This document shows, one piece after another, positions 38,635 to 46,590 of a stretch of 64,000 bases of DNA. Position 1 is the stretch's first letter. Each line of letters starts with the position of its first letter. The notes beneath the pieces are model-generated. The model had not been told where the DNA came from. It did no database searches and worked only from the letters and a program-made list of their open reading frames with translations. The DNA comes from Pirellulales bacterium (GTDB lineage: Bacteria; Planctomycetota; Planctomycetia; Pirellulales; PALSA-1355): positions 64,509 to 128,508 of the forward strand of contig JBGSKX010000248.1 in the NCBI GenBank assembly GCA_041741015.1, written 5' to 3'. The position numbers and the translations under genes are program-made.

Positions 38635-39099
38635 ATGCGCCATTACCGGCTCACGCTACTTGCACGGCAAGATTTGACGGACATCTTCGCTTACATCGCC
38701 GCCGATAACATTGAAGCAGCCAGACGGCTGACTCGAGAGATTTACAAGGCGTTTCATTTGCTCGGCAAGTCGCCCGAACTCGGAACGCGACAGCCCGAGT
38801 TTCGGCTGGAAAACGTGCGAACTTTCTCGGTTCGCCGTTACGTGGTGTGTTATCGGTATCTGGGTGACGTCGTGGAAATTATGCGCGTGCTCCACGGCGC
38901 TCGAGACATCGATGGACTGATGAGAGCTAGGTCGGCTCACACCCGCTCGATGATCATCGCCACGGCATTGCCGCCGCCGAGGCACAGCGAAGCCAGCCCG
39001 CGTTTCAGGCCGCGTTCGGCCAGGGCATACATCAGTGTGACCAGCACCCGGGCTCCGCTCGCGCCGATCGGGTGCCCCAGGGCGATCGCCCCGCCATGA
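38635..39099 (+). CDS. parE: type II toxin, ParE/RelE family, ORF extended about 55 codons past the usual end
   Basis: The first 97 aa or so (MRHYRLTLLARQDLTDIFAYIA...VVEIMRVLHGARDIDGL) are ParE-like. No in-frame stop until 39099, so the tail is antisense to the thiolase 3' end. Confidence 0.7.
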   Translation: MRHYRLTLLARQDLTDIFAYIAADNIEAARRLTREIYKAFHLLGKSPELGTRQPEFRLENVRTFSVRRYVVCYRYLGDVVEIMRVLHGARDIDGLMRARSAHTRSMIIATALPPPRHSEASPRFRPRSARAYISVTSTRAPLAPIGCPRAIAPP

Positions 39100-40109
39100 A
39101 CGTTCGTCTTCGCGGGATCGGCATCCAAGGGTCGCATGCAGGCCAATGCCTGAGCGGCGAACGCCTCGTTGAGCTCGATCAGGTCGATGTCTTCCATCTT
39201 CAGTCGAGCCATAGCCAGCACCTTCTCAACGGCGGTTACCGGAGCGATGAAGATCTCCTTCGGCTCGACGCCGCTGACGGCCGTGGCCACGATCCGGGCC
39301 TTCAAGGGCGACAGACTCTCGCGGGCGATGTCTTCCGAGGCCACGACAAGCGCGGCGGCGCCGTCGCTGATTTGCGACGCGTTGCCGGCTGTGACGGTAC
39401 CGGTCGGACCGAACGACGGGCGCAGCTTGGCCAGACCTTCAAGCGTCGTGTCGGGACGGGGGCCTTCGTCGACCGAGATGATCGTATCGCCTTTGCGACC
39501 CGGTACGCTGACCGGCACGATTTCGTCGAGGGCCCGCGCCGACTTCGTCGCAGCCCGGCGATGGCTCTCGACGGAGAAGGCGTCCTGATCGGCCCGGGAC
39601 ACTCCGCGCGATTCGGCGATGTAGTCGGCCTCGGCGCCCATGGCCACGTCCTCGAAAGCGCACCACAGTCCGTCGTACTGCATCGAGTCGCGAACCGTCT
39701 GATCGCCAAACTTCCAGCCGGCCCGCGCGCCTTGTAGCAGAAACGGAGCCTGGCTCATGCTTTCCATGCCGCCGGCGACAATAACCCGCGCGTCGCCGCA
39801 GCGAATCGCCTGATCGGCCAGCATCACGGCCTTGAGGCCGGAACCGCACATTTTATTAATCGTCAGAGCAGAGACGGTCGCCGGCAATCCGCCGCGCAGC
39901 GCGGCCTGGCGAGCCGGGGCCTGACCGAGCCCTGCCGAAAGGACGTTGCCCATGATCACCTCGTCAACCGCATCGACGGGCAGACCAGCCCGGCGGACCG
40001 CTTCGGCCACGGCCACAGCGCCCAGTTTTGTGGCGGGCACAGAGGAGAGCGAGCCCAAAAGTCTGCCAATGGGTGTCCGACAGCCGGCGAGAAGGTAAGC
40101 GGTGCTCAT
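38937..40109 (-). CDS. acetyl-CoA C-acetyltransferase (thiolase II)
   Basis: Active-site NKMCGSGLKAV, NVHGGAIALGHPIGASG, C-terminal CLGGGNAVAMIIERV. Confidence 0.9.
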   Translation of the reverse strand: MSTAYLLAGCRTPIGRLLGSLSSVPATKLGAVAVAEAVRRAGLPVDAVDEVIMGNVLSAGLGQAPARQAALRGGLPATVSALTINKMCGSGLKAVMLADQAIRCGDARVIVAGGMESMSQAPFLLQGARAGWKFGDQTVRDSMQYDGLWCAFEDVAMGAEADYIAESRGVSRADQDAFSVESHRRAATKSARALDEIVPVSVPGRKGDTIISVDEGPRPDTTLEGLAKLRPSFGPTGTVTAGNASQISDGAAALVVASEDIARESLSPLKARIVATAVSGVEPKEIFIAPVTAVEKVLAMARLKMEDIDLIELNEAFAAQALACMRPLDADPAKTNVHGGAIALGHPIGASGARVLVTLMYALAERGLKRGLASLCLGGGNAVAMIIERV

Positions 40110-40209
40110 CTGAATGCTTCGCGAGAAGGTGGATGTGAGGTTGGCCAGAACTTTGTGCAGTTTAACGAGCGACCGCGAGTCTGGCCAATTGGGTGCCCGC
40201 CCAATCTTA

Positions 40210-40264
40210 ACCCGACGCGTGAGCGAGGTGACTCTACCAAAAGAACCTCGCTCACGCGTCGGGT
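40210..40264. repeat. perfect 19-bp inverted repeat with a 17-nt spacer
   Basis: ACCCGACGCGTGAGCGAGG (40210..40228) and its exact reverse complement (40246..40264). Confidence 0.95.
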
Positions 40265-40370
40265 GAGGAAAACGCCGCGACTGCGACCGAGGGTGGGGCG
40301 GTAATCTTTGACGTTTGAGGGCATGCGCGGCAAATTACTGGTAGTCACCAGCCACTAGGGAGCTTCCGCC

Positions 40371-41291
40371 ATGCGAATCGCACTCACCGGAGCGACGGGT
40401 TTTCTCGGCCGTTACCTGCTCGCCCAGTTCGCCGCCGAACAGCAAACGGTCCGGGCCTGGCGACGACCTGAGAGCAAACTGGGCGGACTCGAGCACGTGG
40501 AACGTCACATCGAGTGGGTCGACGGTGGCACGCTGGGCAATTTCGAGGCCTGTCGCGAGCTAGTGCGGGGCTGCGACGTGCTCGTTCACGCGGCGCTTGC
40601 GCGGATGGACTTCACGACGTTCAACTTCGGCGCGGCGATGGCCCTGCACAACTTTGCCGCGTCGATGCAACTGTTCGAAGCGGCCAAGGCGGCGGGCACC
40701 AAACGGATCGTGTTCATTTCGAGCTGCGCGGTCTACGGCAAGATCCTCACAGGGCGCCCACTGGACGAGACACATCCCCTTTGGCCGGATTCGCACTATG
40801 GGGCGCATAAGGCAGCGGTCGAAGCATTTGTGCACAGCTACGCCTTGCACGAAAAGTGCACGATCTGTGCGTTGCGCCCGACGTCGATCTATGGCCTGGC
40901 GTATCCAATCGAGCAGAGCAAATGGTACGACCTGGTGGCCGGCGTGGTGCGGAACGAGGTCGTCTCATGCACCAAGGGGAGCAAGCACGTGCACGCCGCA
41001 GATGTGGCTCGGGCGACGAGCCTTTTGATTCATGCCGACGTGGAACGGGTGGCCGGCGAAGCGTTCAATTGCGTGGATCAGTACATCTCTGAGTTCGACG
41101 TGACGAAGCGAGCCCACGCAATGACCGGCGGGCATGGCGAAATCATCGGTGAGCCGCTGCGGCCGAACAACCAGATCGAGACCGAGAAACTGCGGTCGCT
41201 GGGCTTCGAGTTTGGTGGTCAGGAGATGCTTGACAAGACGATTCGCGAGATGGTTGCGGTGGCGAAGCTGGCGGGCGGAGCGGTCGTTTAG
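40371..41291 (+). CDS. NAD-dependent epimerase/dehydratase (extended SDR)
   Basis: Rossmann motif MRIALTGATGFLGRYL and catalytic YGAHK. Confidence 0.8.
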   Translation: MRIALTGATGFLGRYLLAQFAAEQQTVRAWRRPESKLGGLEHVERHIEWVDGGTLGNFEACRELVRGCDVLVHAALARMDFTTFNFGAAMALHNFAASMQLFEAAKAAGTKRIVFISSCAVYGKILTGRPLDETHPLWPDSHYGAHKAAVEAFVHSYALHEKCTICALRPTSIYGLAYPIEQSKWYDLVAGVVRNEVVSCTKGSKHVHAADVARATSLLIHADVERVAGEAFNCVDQYISEFDVTKRAHAMTGGHGEIIGEPLRPNNQIETEKLRSLGFEFGGQEMLDKTIREMVAVAKLAGGAVV

Positions 41292-41434
41292 CGCCGCAAG
41301 CGCAAAGCAGGCCTGCCCCCAGCTTCACGGCATTGCGAGAGGTGGTTTTCCTTTCGCGATGCGTCCAGTACGATAGTCGGCGTCGCACGGCGCGCCGCAC
41401 TTACATGTTTTCAAGACTGGCAGGAAGCATCGAC

Positions 41435-42040
41435 ATGTCTCAGGAACAGCTCATGGACCCCCGGGAAGCCAAGAAAGCGATTCGCGAACAGGCCCACGCC
41501 AACCGCAAGGCTCAGGAAAACAAAGAGTCGCTCAGCGAGCGAATCTGCGAAACGTTTATCGCCCAGCCGGAGTTTGCGGCCGCTAAGACTGTGATGGTCT
41601 ATATCGACGTTCGCACCGAGGTTAAGACCCGGCAGCATCTGCCGAAGCTGCTGGAAGGTGACAAGCGAATCGTGGTCCCCTACTGCGTCGACGGCGAGCT
41701 CGAACTGTTCCTGCTGGAGAGCATGGATGAGTTGGAAATTGGCATGTACAAAATTCTGGAGCCGAAAGTCGAGCTGCGCGAAGTGCCGGCCAAGAAGGTC
41801 GACGTCGAAGAGCTCGATCTTGTGATGGTCCCCGGCGTGGCGTTCGACGCCCGCGGAGCGCGGATGGGACACGGGATGGGCTACTACGACAAGCTGCTGG
41901 AGCATGCCCGACCGGACGCTCCTCTGATTGCGCTGGCATTTGAATGCCAGTTGTTCTCGGAGATTCCGACCGACGCGCACGACGTGTACATGGACAAGAT
42001 CATCACCGAAGAGCGGGTCATTCCAGGGAAGGGTCGGTAA
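41435..42040 (+). CDS. 5-formyltetrahydrofolate cyclo-ligase family protein
   Basis: VPGVAFDARGARMGHGMGYYDKLL signature. ATG 41435 is preceded by AGGAAG; the track ORF starts at 41333. Confidence 0.8.
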   Translation: MSQEQLMDPREAKKAIREQAHANRKAQENKESLSERICETFIAQPEFAAAKTVMVYIDVRTEVKTRQHLPKLLEGDKRIVVPYCVDGELELFLLESMDELEIGMYKILEPKVELREVPAKKVDVEELDLVMVPGVAFDARGARMGHGMGYYDKLLEHARPDAPLIALAFECQLFSEIPTDAHDVYMDKIITEERVIPGKGR

Positions 42041-42973
42041 GTGGCCGAGAACAACCGCGCCGAGGTCGAGGATACTTACGCCGAGGCGTTTCGCAGCATC
42101 TATGCCGAAGTTCTGATCACGGCTCGCGATCGCACCTGGCTCGGCCATGCCGTGGCCGCGGCCACCGGCAACGCTTCGAGCACGATCATGTGCGATTGCG
42201 AGGCGGGGCTGGATCGCTACGTCGGTCCTGGTGGCGATGCCGATTTCGTCACGCCCGACGGTCGCCCCGGCGCGGTCGTGCAATTCCACGTTCCGCGGTT
42301 TCGCAAGGATCGGCGGGAAGCGCTCGAGAAGTCGCTGCTGGTGCGGATCAGCCAGAACGTGCTGACCTGCCCAACGGCTTCCGCGTTCAACTTGCTGGAC
42401 ACCGAGGACTACTTCAAGCTCGGTCGCAAGCTCGCGTTCTTTGGCGACGGCTATCAGTTTCGCGATACGCGCTACGGCCGGCCGGTGTGGGTCGTACCGA
42501 TTCTGGGCGGCGAGTTCATCATCGACCGGCGGTTCGGATATCGCGACGGGCTGATGGGGGGCAACCTGTGGTTTCTGGGCGACTCGGTCGACTCGGCTCT
42601 GCTGGCGGCCGAGCGGGCGGCCGCGGCGGTGGCGGATACTCCTGGCGTGATCATGCCCTTCCCCGGCGGACTCGCGGGGAGCGGCTCGAAGGCCGGCAGT
42701 CGCTACAAGTTTTCGATCGCCAGCACCTACGCCGAGTTCTGCCCTACGTTGCGTGAAAAGCTCGGCGAAAAGAGCCGCGTGCCGGCTGGCGTGACCAGCG
42801 TCATGGAAGTGATTATCAACGGCCGCGACCTGGCGACGATCGCCACCGCCACGCACCGGGCGATTGAAGCGGCGGCACCCACGCCGGGGCTGGTGAAGAT
42901 CTCGGCCGGAAACTACGGCGGAAGGCTGGGGAAGAGCTTCATCTACCTGCATCCCGAGAAGCAGCCAGCTTAA
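42041..42973 (+). CDS. ftr: formylmethanofuran--tetrahydromethanopterin N-formyltransferase (Ftr/FhcD)
   Basis: N-terminal DTYAEAFRSIYAEVLITA, TPDGRPGAVVQF and VLTCPTASAFN blocks match Ftr/FhcD as I remember them from methylotrophs. GTG start abuts the upstream stop. Confidence 0.8.
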   Translation: MAENNRAEVEDTYAEAFRSIYAEVLITARDRTWLGHAVAAATGNASSTIMCDCEAGLDRYVGPGGDADFVTPDGRPGAVVQFHVPRFRKDRREALEKSLLVRISQNVLTCPTASAFNLLDTEDYFKLGRKLAFFGDGYQFRDTRYGRPVWVVPILGGEFIIDRRFGYRDGLMGGNLWFLGDSVDSALLAAERAAAAVADTPGVIMPFPGGLAGSGSKAGSRYKFSIASTYAEFCPTLREKLGEKSRVPAGVTSVMEVIINGRDLATIATATHRAIEAAAPTPGLVKISAGNYGGRLGKSFIYLHPEKQPA

Positions 42974-43010
42974 TATCGGGCCGGATGCAGAGGCAGGCAA
43001 GTTCCCGGGG

Positions 43011-43040
43011 AGAGTATTCCCCCGGCTTTAGGGCGATGTT
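43011..43040 (+). repeat. GTTCCC..GGCTTTA hairpin repeat copy
   Basis: GTTCCCGGGGAGAGTATTCCCCCGGCTTTA, 38 nt after the ftr stop. Confidence 0.6.
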
Positions 43041-43108
43041 GCCGCGTGGTTGTCGGCGTGGGGTACAATTCCGTTAGCTCACGCCACCCTCACCGGAGAC
43101 TCTCCGCT

Positions 43109-43840
43109 TTGATTCAGGTCGTCGACTACTACAAGATCTACCGCGACCTGGTTGCGGTTTCCGGCCTGAGCTTCGAAGTGAAGAGCGGCTCGATTCTGGG
43201 GCTCGTCGGTCCCAATGGCGCCGGCAAGACCACCACGCTCCGCGCCCTGGCCGGGATCATTCCGCCCTCGCGCGGACAGATTCTGATTGCGGGCCACAAC
43301 ATCGAAACCGACGCCGTCGCGGCCAAGCGGCAGCTGGCCTACATCCCTGACGATCCGAAGCTGTTCGAATCGCTCACCGTCTGGGAGCATCTGCGGTTCG
43401 TGGCCTCGGCCTATGGCGTCGAGAACTTTGAGCCCGCGGCCGAAGAATACCTGACGATGTTCGAGCTCGCGGAGAAGCGCGACACCGTGACGCAAGAGCT
43501 CTCCCGCGGGATGCGGCAGAAGGTGGCGATTGCGTGCGCGTATCTTCACAACCCACAGGCGATCCTGTTTGACGAACCGCTCACGGGTCTCGATCCGCAT
43601 GGAATTCGCACGCTGAAGGCTTCGATCGTGGCGCGGGCCGCGGCCGGCGCCGCGGTGATCGTCAGCTCGCACCTGCTGGTGCTGGTCGAGAACCTGTGCA
43701 CGGATCTGCTCATCTTGCGGCGCGGCCGGGCCCTGTTCTGCGGACCCGTGCAGGAAGCGCGCGAGCGGTTTGGATCGCTGGGCGCGGAGACGCTCGAGGA
43801 CGTGTTCTTTCGCGCGATCGAGGGGCAGGAAGCCGTCTAA
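43109..43840 (+). CDS. ABC transporter ATP-binding protein
   Basis: Walker A GPNGAGKTT, signature LSRGMRQKV, Walker B ILFDEP. TTG 43109 with GGAGA upstream is proposed as the start; the track ORF starts at 43046. Confidence 0.85.
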   Translation: MIQVVDYYKIYRDLVAVSGLSFEVKSGSILGLVGPNGAGKTTTLRALAGIIPPSRGQILIAGHNIETDAVAAKRQLAYIPDDPKLFESLTVWEHLRFVASAYGVENFEPAAEEYLTMFELAEKRDTVTQELSRGMRQKVAIACAYLHNPQAILFDEPLTGLDPHGIRTLKASIVARAAAGAAVIVSSHLLVLVENLCTDLLILRRGRALFCGPVQEARERFGSLGAETLEDVFFRAIEGQEAV

Positions 43841-43864
43841 GAATACCGGGAGTACGCCGTCAGC

Positions 43865-45496
43865 ATGGTTCGCTCGCTGCTACTGCTGTCGTGGCTTCGC
43901 GCGAAGGGGCAATTGCGCAAGCTGAGGCGCTCGGCCTCAACGCCGCGCGGGATTCTGATGGCGCTGCTCGGCGTCGCGTTTTTCAGCCTGATGTTTCTGC
44001 CGTACTTGATGACGCGCGGGCTGGATTCGCCGGTGCCGCGCGAACGGTTGTATCTGATGACCTGGTTTCTGCACCCGGCGGCGCTGCTGGTGCTGTGGGC
44101 ATTCAGCATTCTGGGTGGGCACTTTCGCAGTCCGATCGCGTTCAGCCTGCCGGAGGTGGAGTTTCTGTTTCCGGGGCCGTTCAAGCGGCGGCAATTGCTG
44201 ACGTACAAGCTGGCGGTGAGCACGTTCGGCACGCTGGGATTTGCGATCTTAATGCCGCTGGTGATGCCCATGATCTGGGGGCCGGCCGCGCTGATCGGGA
44301 TTTGGCTGGCGCTGACGTTCATGCAGTGGTCGACGATCTTTCTGGCCGTCGCCGGCAGTTGGCTTGGTCGGCGGTATCGGCTGGTGCTGATTTCCATCGC
44401 CACGGCGCTGGTTGTTGTGGTCGCGCTGTCGGCGTATCGATCCGGTGTGTTCGATCCAGCCATCGATTGGCGCGATCGTGCCTTAGCACTCGAAGCGAGT
44501 GGCGCGGCGCGGACGCTGCTCGCTCCATTCGGCGTGTTCAGCCGAACGATCGGATCCAAGACGTATGCCGAACTGTTCACCTGGGGGCCATTGGGGGTTG
44601 CGCTGAACCTGATCGTGGCCGCGGGCGTGCTCGTGCTCGATCGGCACTTTCTGGAAGCGAGCCTCGACGCCAGCCGCCGCCGCGCCGACATGATCGACCA
44701 GCTCAAGCGCTCCGGCGGATTGCCCACGATCGGAGCGCGCAGCAAGCCGCGGCTGGGGCTCGTTAACTTTCCGCGCCTCGGCGGAGCCGGCCCGATCGCC
44801 TGGCGGCAGGCGCTCGACATGATTCGCGGTTCGAGTCGGATCGTGTTCGTGCTGCTCATCACTGCCGGGCCGATGTCGGGCATGTTGCTCGCTTCCACGC
44901 GTCGCCAGGGGACGCCTGGCGATGCGCTGGTCGTCACGGTGACGATGATCATCGGGCTCCTGGTCACGACGATCATGCCACTTGGGCTGAGGACGGACCT
45001 CGATCATATCGACGTGATCAAGACGCTGCCGATTCGGCCGCGGACAATCGTCTGGGGGTCGCTTGGCGGTTCGCTGTTGTACGTCCTGTTTCTGCAGTCG
45101 CTGGCCATCGCGGCAATGGCAGCCGTGCTCGGTAAGCTGACGCCAATAATGGGCGCCGCGCTCGCGCTGGCGGTGCCGATCAACCTGCTTACGATCGCCT
45201 GCGATAGTGCCCTGGTGCTCGTCTTCCCGGCGGTTCGCCGTTTCGCGCCGGGAGACCTGCTGGTGGGAGTGCGGGTAGCTCTCGTGAATTTCGCCAAGGT
45301 GATGCTGGCGATCCTTGCCGGAGCGATTGCCGGTGCGGTATTGGTGGGTGGTCGATTGCTGCTGCCCGACCTGCCGGCAGTCTACATCACGGCCGCCTGG
45401 CTAGTGCTGGTGCTGGAAGGCCTGATGACGCTGTGGATCGTCGTGCTGCTGTTCAAACACTACGATCCGAGCGAAAACATGGTCGACGGGGAGTGA
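43865..45496 (+). CDS. polytopic membrane protein, putative ABC-exporter permease partner
   Basis: 543 aa with at least 10 hydrophobic segments, 24 nt after the ATPase gene. Family assignment (putative ABC exporter) is tentative. Confidence 0.6.
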   Translation: MVRSLLLLSWLRAKGQLRKLRRSASTPRGILMALLGVAFFSLMFLPYLMTRGLDSPVPRERLYLMTWFLHPAALLVLWAFSILGGHFRSPIAFSLPEVEFLFPGPFKRRQLLTYKLAVSTFGTLGFAILMPLVMPMIWGPAALIGIWLALTFMQWSTIFLAVAGSWLGRRYRLVLISIATALVVVVALSAYRSGVFDPAIDWRDRALALEASGAARTLLAPFGVFSRTIGSKTYAELFTWGPLGVALNLIVAAGVLVLDRHFLEASLDASRRRADMIDQLKRSGGLPTIGARSKPRLGLVNFPRLGGAGPIAWRQALDMIRGSSRIVFVLLITAGPMSGMLLASTRRQGTPGDALVVTVTMIIGLLVTTIMPLGLRTDLDHIDVIKTLPIRPRTIVWGSLGGSLLYVLFLQSLAIAAMAAVLGKLTPIMGAALALAVPINLLTIACDSALVLVFPAVRRFAPGDLLVGVRVALVNFAKVMLAILAGAIAGAVLVGGRLLLPDLPAVYITAAWLVLVLEGLMTLWIVVLLFKHYDPSENMVDGE

Positions 45497-45505
45497 TGGA
45501 TCCCT

Positions 45506-45526
45506 GCCCGAAGCGTTACTTCGGGC
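45506..45526 (+). terminator. candidate hairpin terminator
   Basis: Perfect 8-bp stem GCCCGAAG/CTTCGGGC with a 5-nt loop, 10 nt after the 45496 stop. No U-tract. Confidence 0.35.
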
Positions 45527-45630
45527 TCGCGTCGAGCACTGTGGCAAACGGCCCCATGCCGGGGTAGCATTGAAGGTGCTCATCTCCCTGTCGGAACCGG
45601 GTCACAGCACACTGTAGAGGCACGCCCACC

Positions 45631-46590
45631 ATGGCGGAAGTCGCGACCACGGCCAAACGCATCATCGGCAACGTCGAGAACGTCATCGTCGGCAAGCGTT
45701 CGCAGATTGTTCTCTCGCTGGTCAGTTGGTTCTGCGAGGGGCATATCCTGCTGGAAGACGTGCCAGGCGTGGCTAAGACAATGCTCGCCCGGGCGCTCTC
45801 GGCCAGCGTCGGCTGCTCGTTCAAACGCATTCAGTGCACGCCGGATCTGCTGCCGACCGACGTGACCGGCGCGAGCGTGTTCAATCCCAAGACCACGGAG
45901 TTTGAGTTTCGCCCGGGGCCGATCTTCGCCCAGATCGTGCTGGCGGATGAAATCAACCGGGCCACGCCGCGCACGCAGTCGGCGCTACTGGAAGCGATGG
46001 CCGAGGGGCGTGTCTCGGTCGATGGGATTACCCATACGCTCGAAAAGCCGTTCCTGGTGATCGGCACGCAAAACCCGGTCGATCACGAAGGAACATTTCC
46101 GCTACCCGAGGCCCAGCTCGACCGGTTCCTGGTGCGGTTCAGCCTTGGTTATCCGAGCATGGATCAGGAACTGAAGATGCTCGACATGCTCGAGCGCGGG
46201 CATCCGCTCGACAAGCTGGGGCCCGTGGTCTCGGCCGCGGAACTGCTCGCGTGCCAACAAGCCGTGCGTGAAGTGCACGTCGATGAAAAGGTGCGCCGCT
46301 ACCTGATGCAGATCGTGCATGAAACGCGCTCGCACGATGAGCTGAGCCTGGGCGGGAGTCCCCGGGCTTCGATCGCCCTGTTTCGCACTTCGCAGGCGAT
46401 GGCCGCGATCCTGGGTCGTAATTTTGTGCTGCCTGACGACGTGAAGCGCGTCGCGCCGGCGGTGCTCACGCATCGGTTGATCGTAAGGCCGGAAAGCCGC
46501 CTGCGCAAAGTCACCAGCGCTTCGATCGTCGACGAGATTCTGGGCGAAGTTCCCGTTCCCACTCTGGCTGCCGAAGCCCGCGTGTCATGA
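45631..46590 (+). CDS. MoxR-family AAA+ ATPase
   Basis: ILLEDVPGVAKTMLARAL (Walker A), LADEINRATPRTQSALLEAM (Walker B/sensor), typical size of about 320 aa. Confidence 0.9.
   Translation: MAEVATTAKRIIGNVENVIVGKRSQIVLSLVSWFCEGHILLEDVPGVAKTMLARALSASVGCSFKRIQCTPDLLPTDVTGASVFNPKTTEFEFRPGPIFAQIVLADEINRATPRTQSALLEAMAEGRVSVDGITHTLEKPFLVIGTQNPVDHEGTFPLPEAQLDRFLVRFSLGYPSMDQELKMLDMLERGHPLDKLGPVVSAAELLACQQAVREVHVDEKVRRYLMQIVHETRSHDELSLGGSPRASIALFRTSQAMAAILGRNFVLPDDVKRVAPAVLTHRLIVRPESRLRKVTSASIVDEILGEVPVPTLAAEARVS

Noticed and set aside
37103-39099. tRNA-Glu-linked genomic island (tRNA followed by a TA module)
   Set aside because: No integrase, no direct repeat of the tRNA 3' end, and hemH lies in between. 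Only the parDE pair itself looks foreign.
40106-40348. 80-aa minus-strand ORF covering the 19-bp inverted repeat
   Set aside because: Arg/Ser/Leu-rich with no start context. Its length is explained by the palindromic, stop-poor GC-rich sequence.
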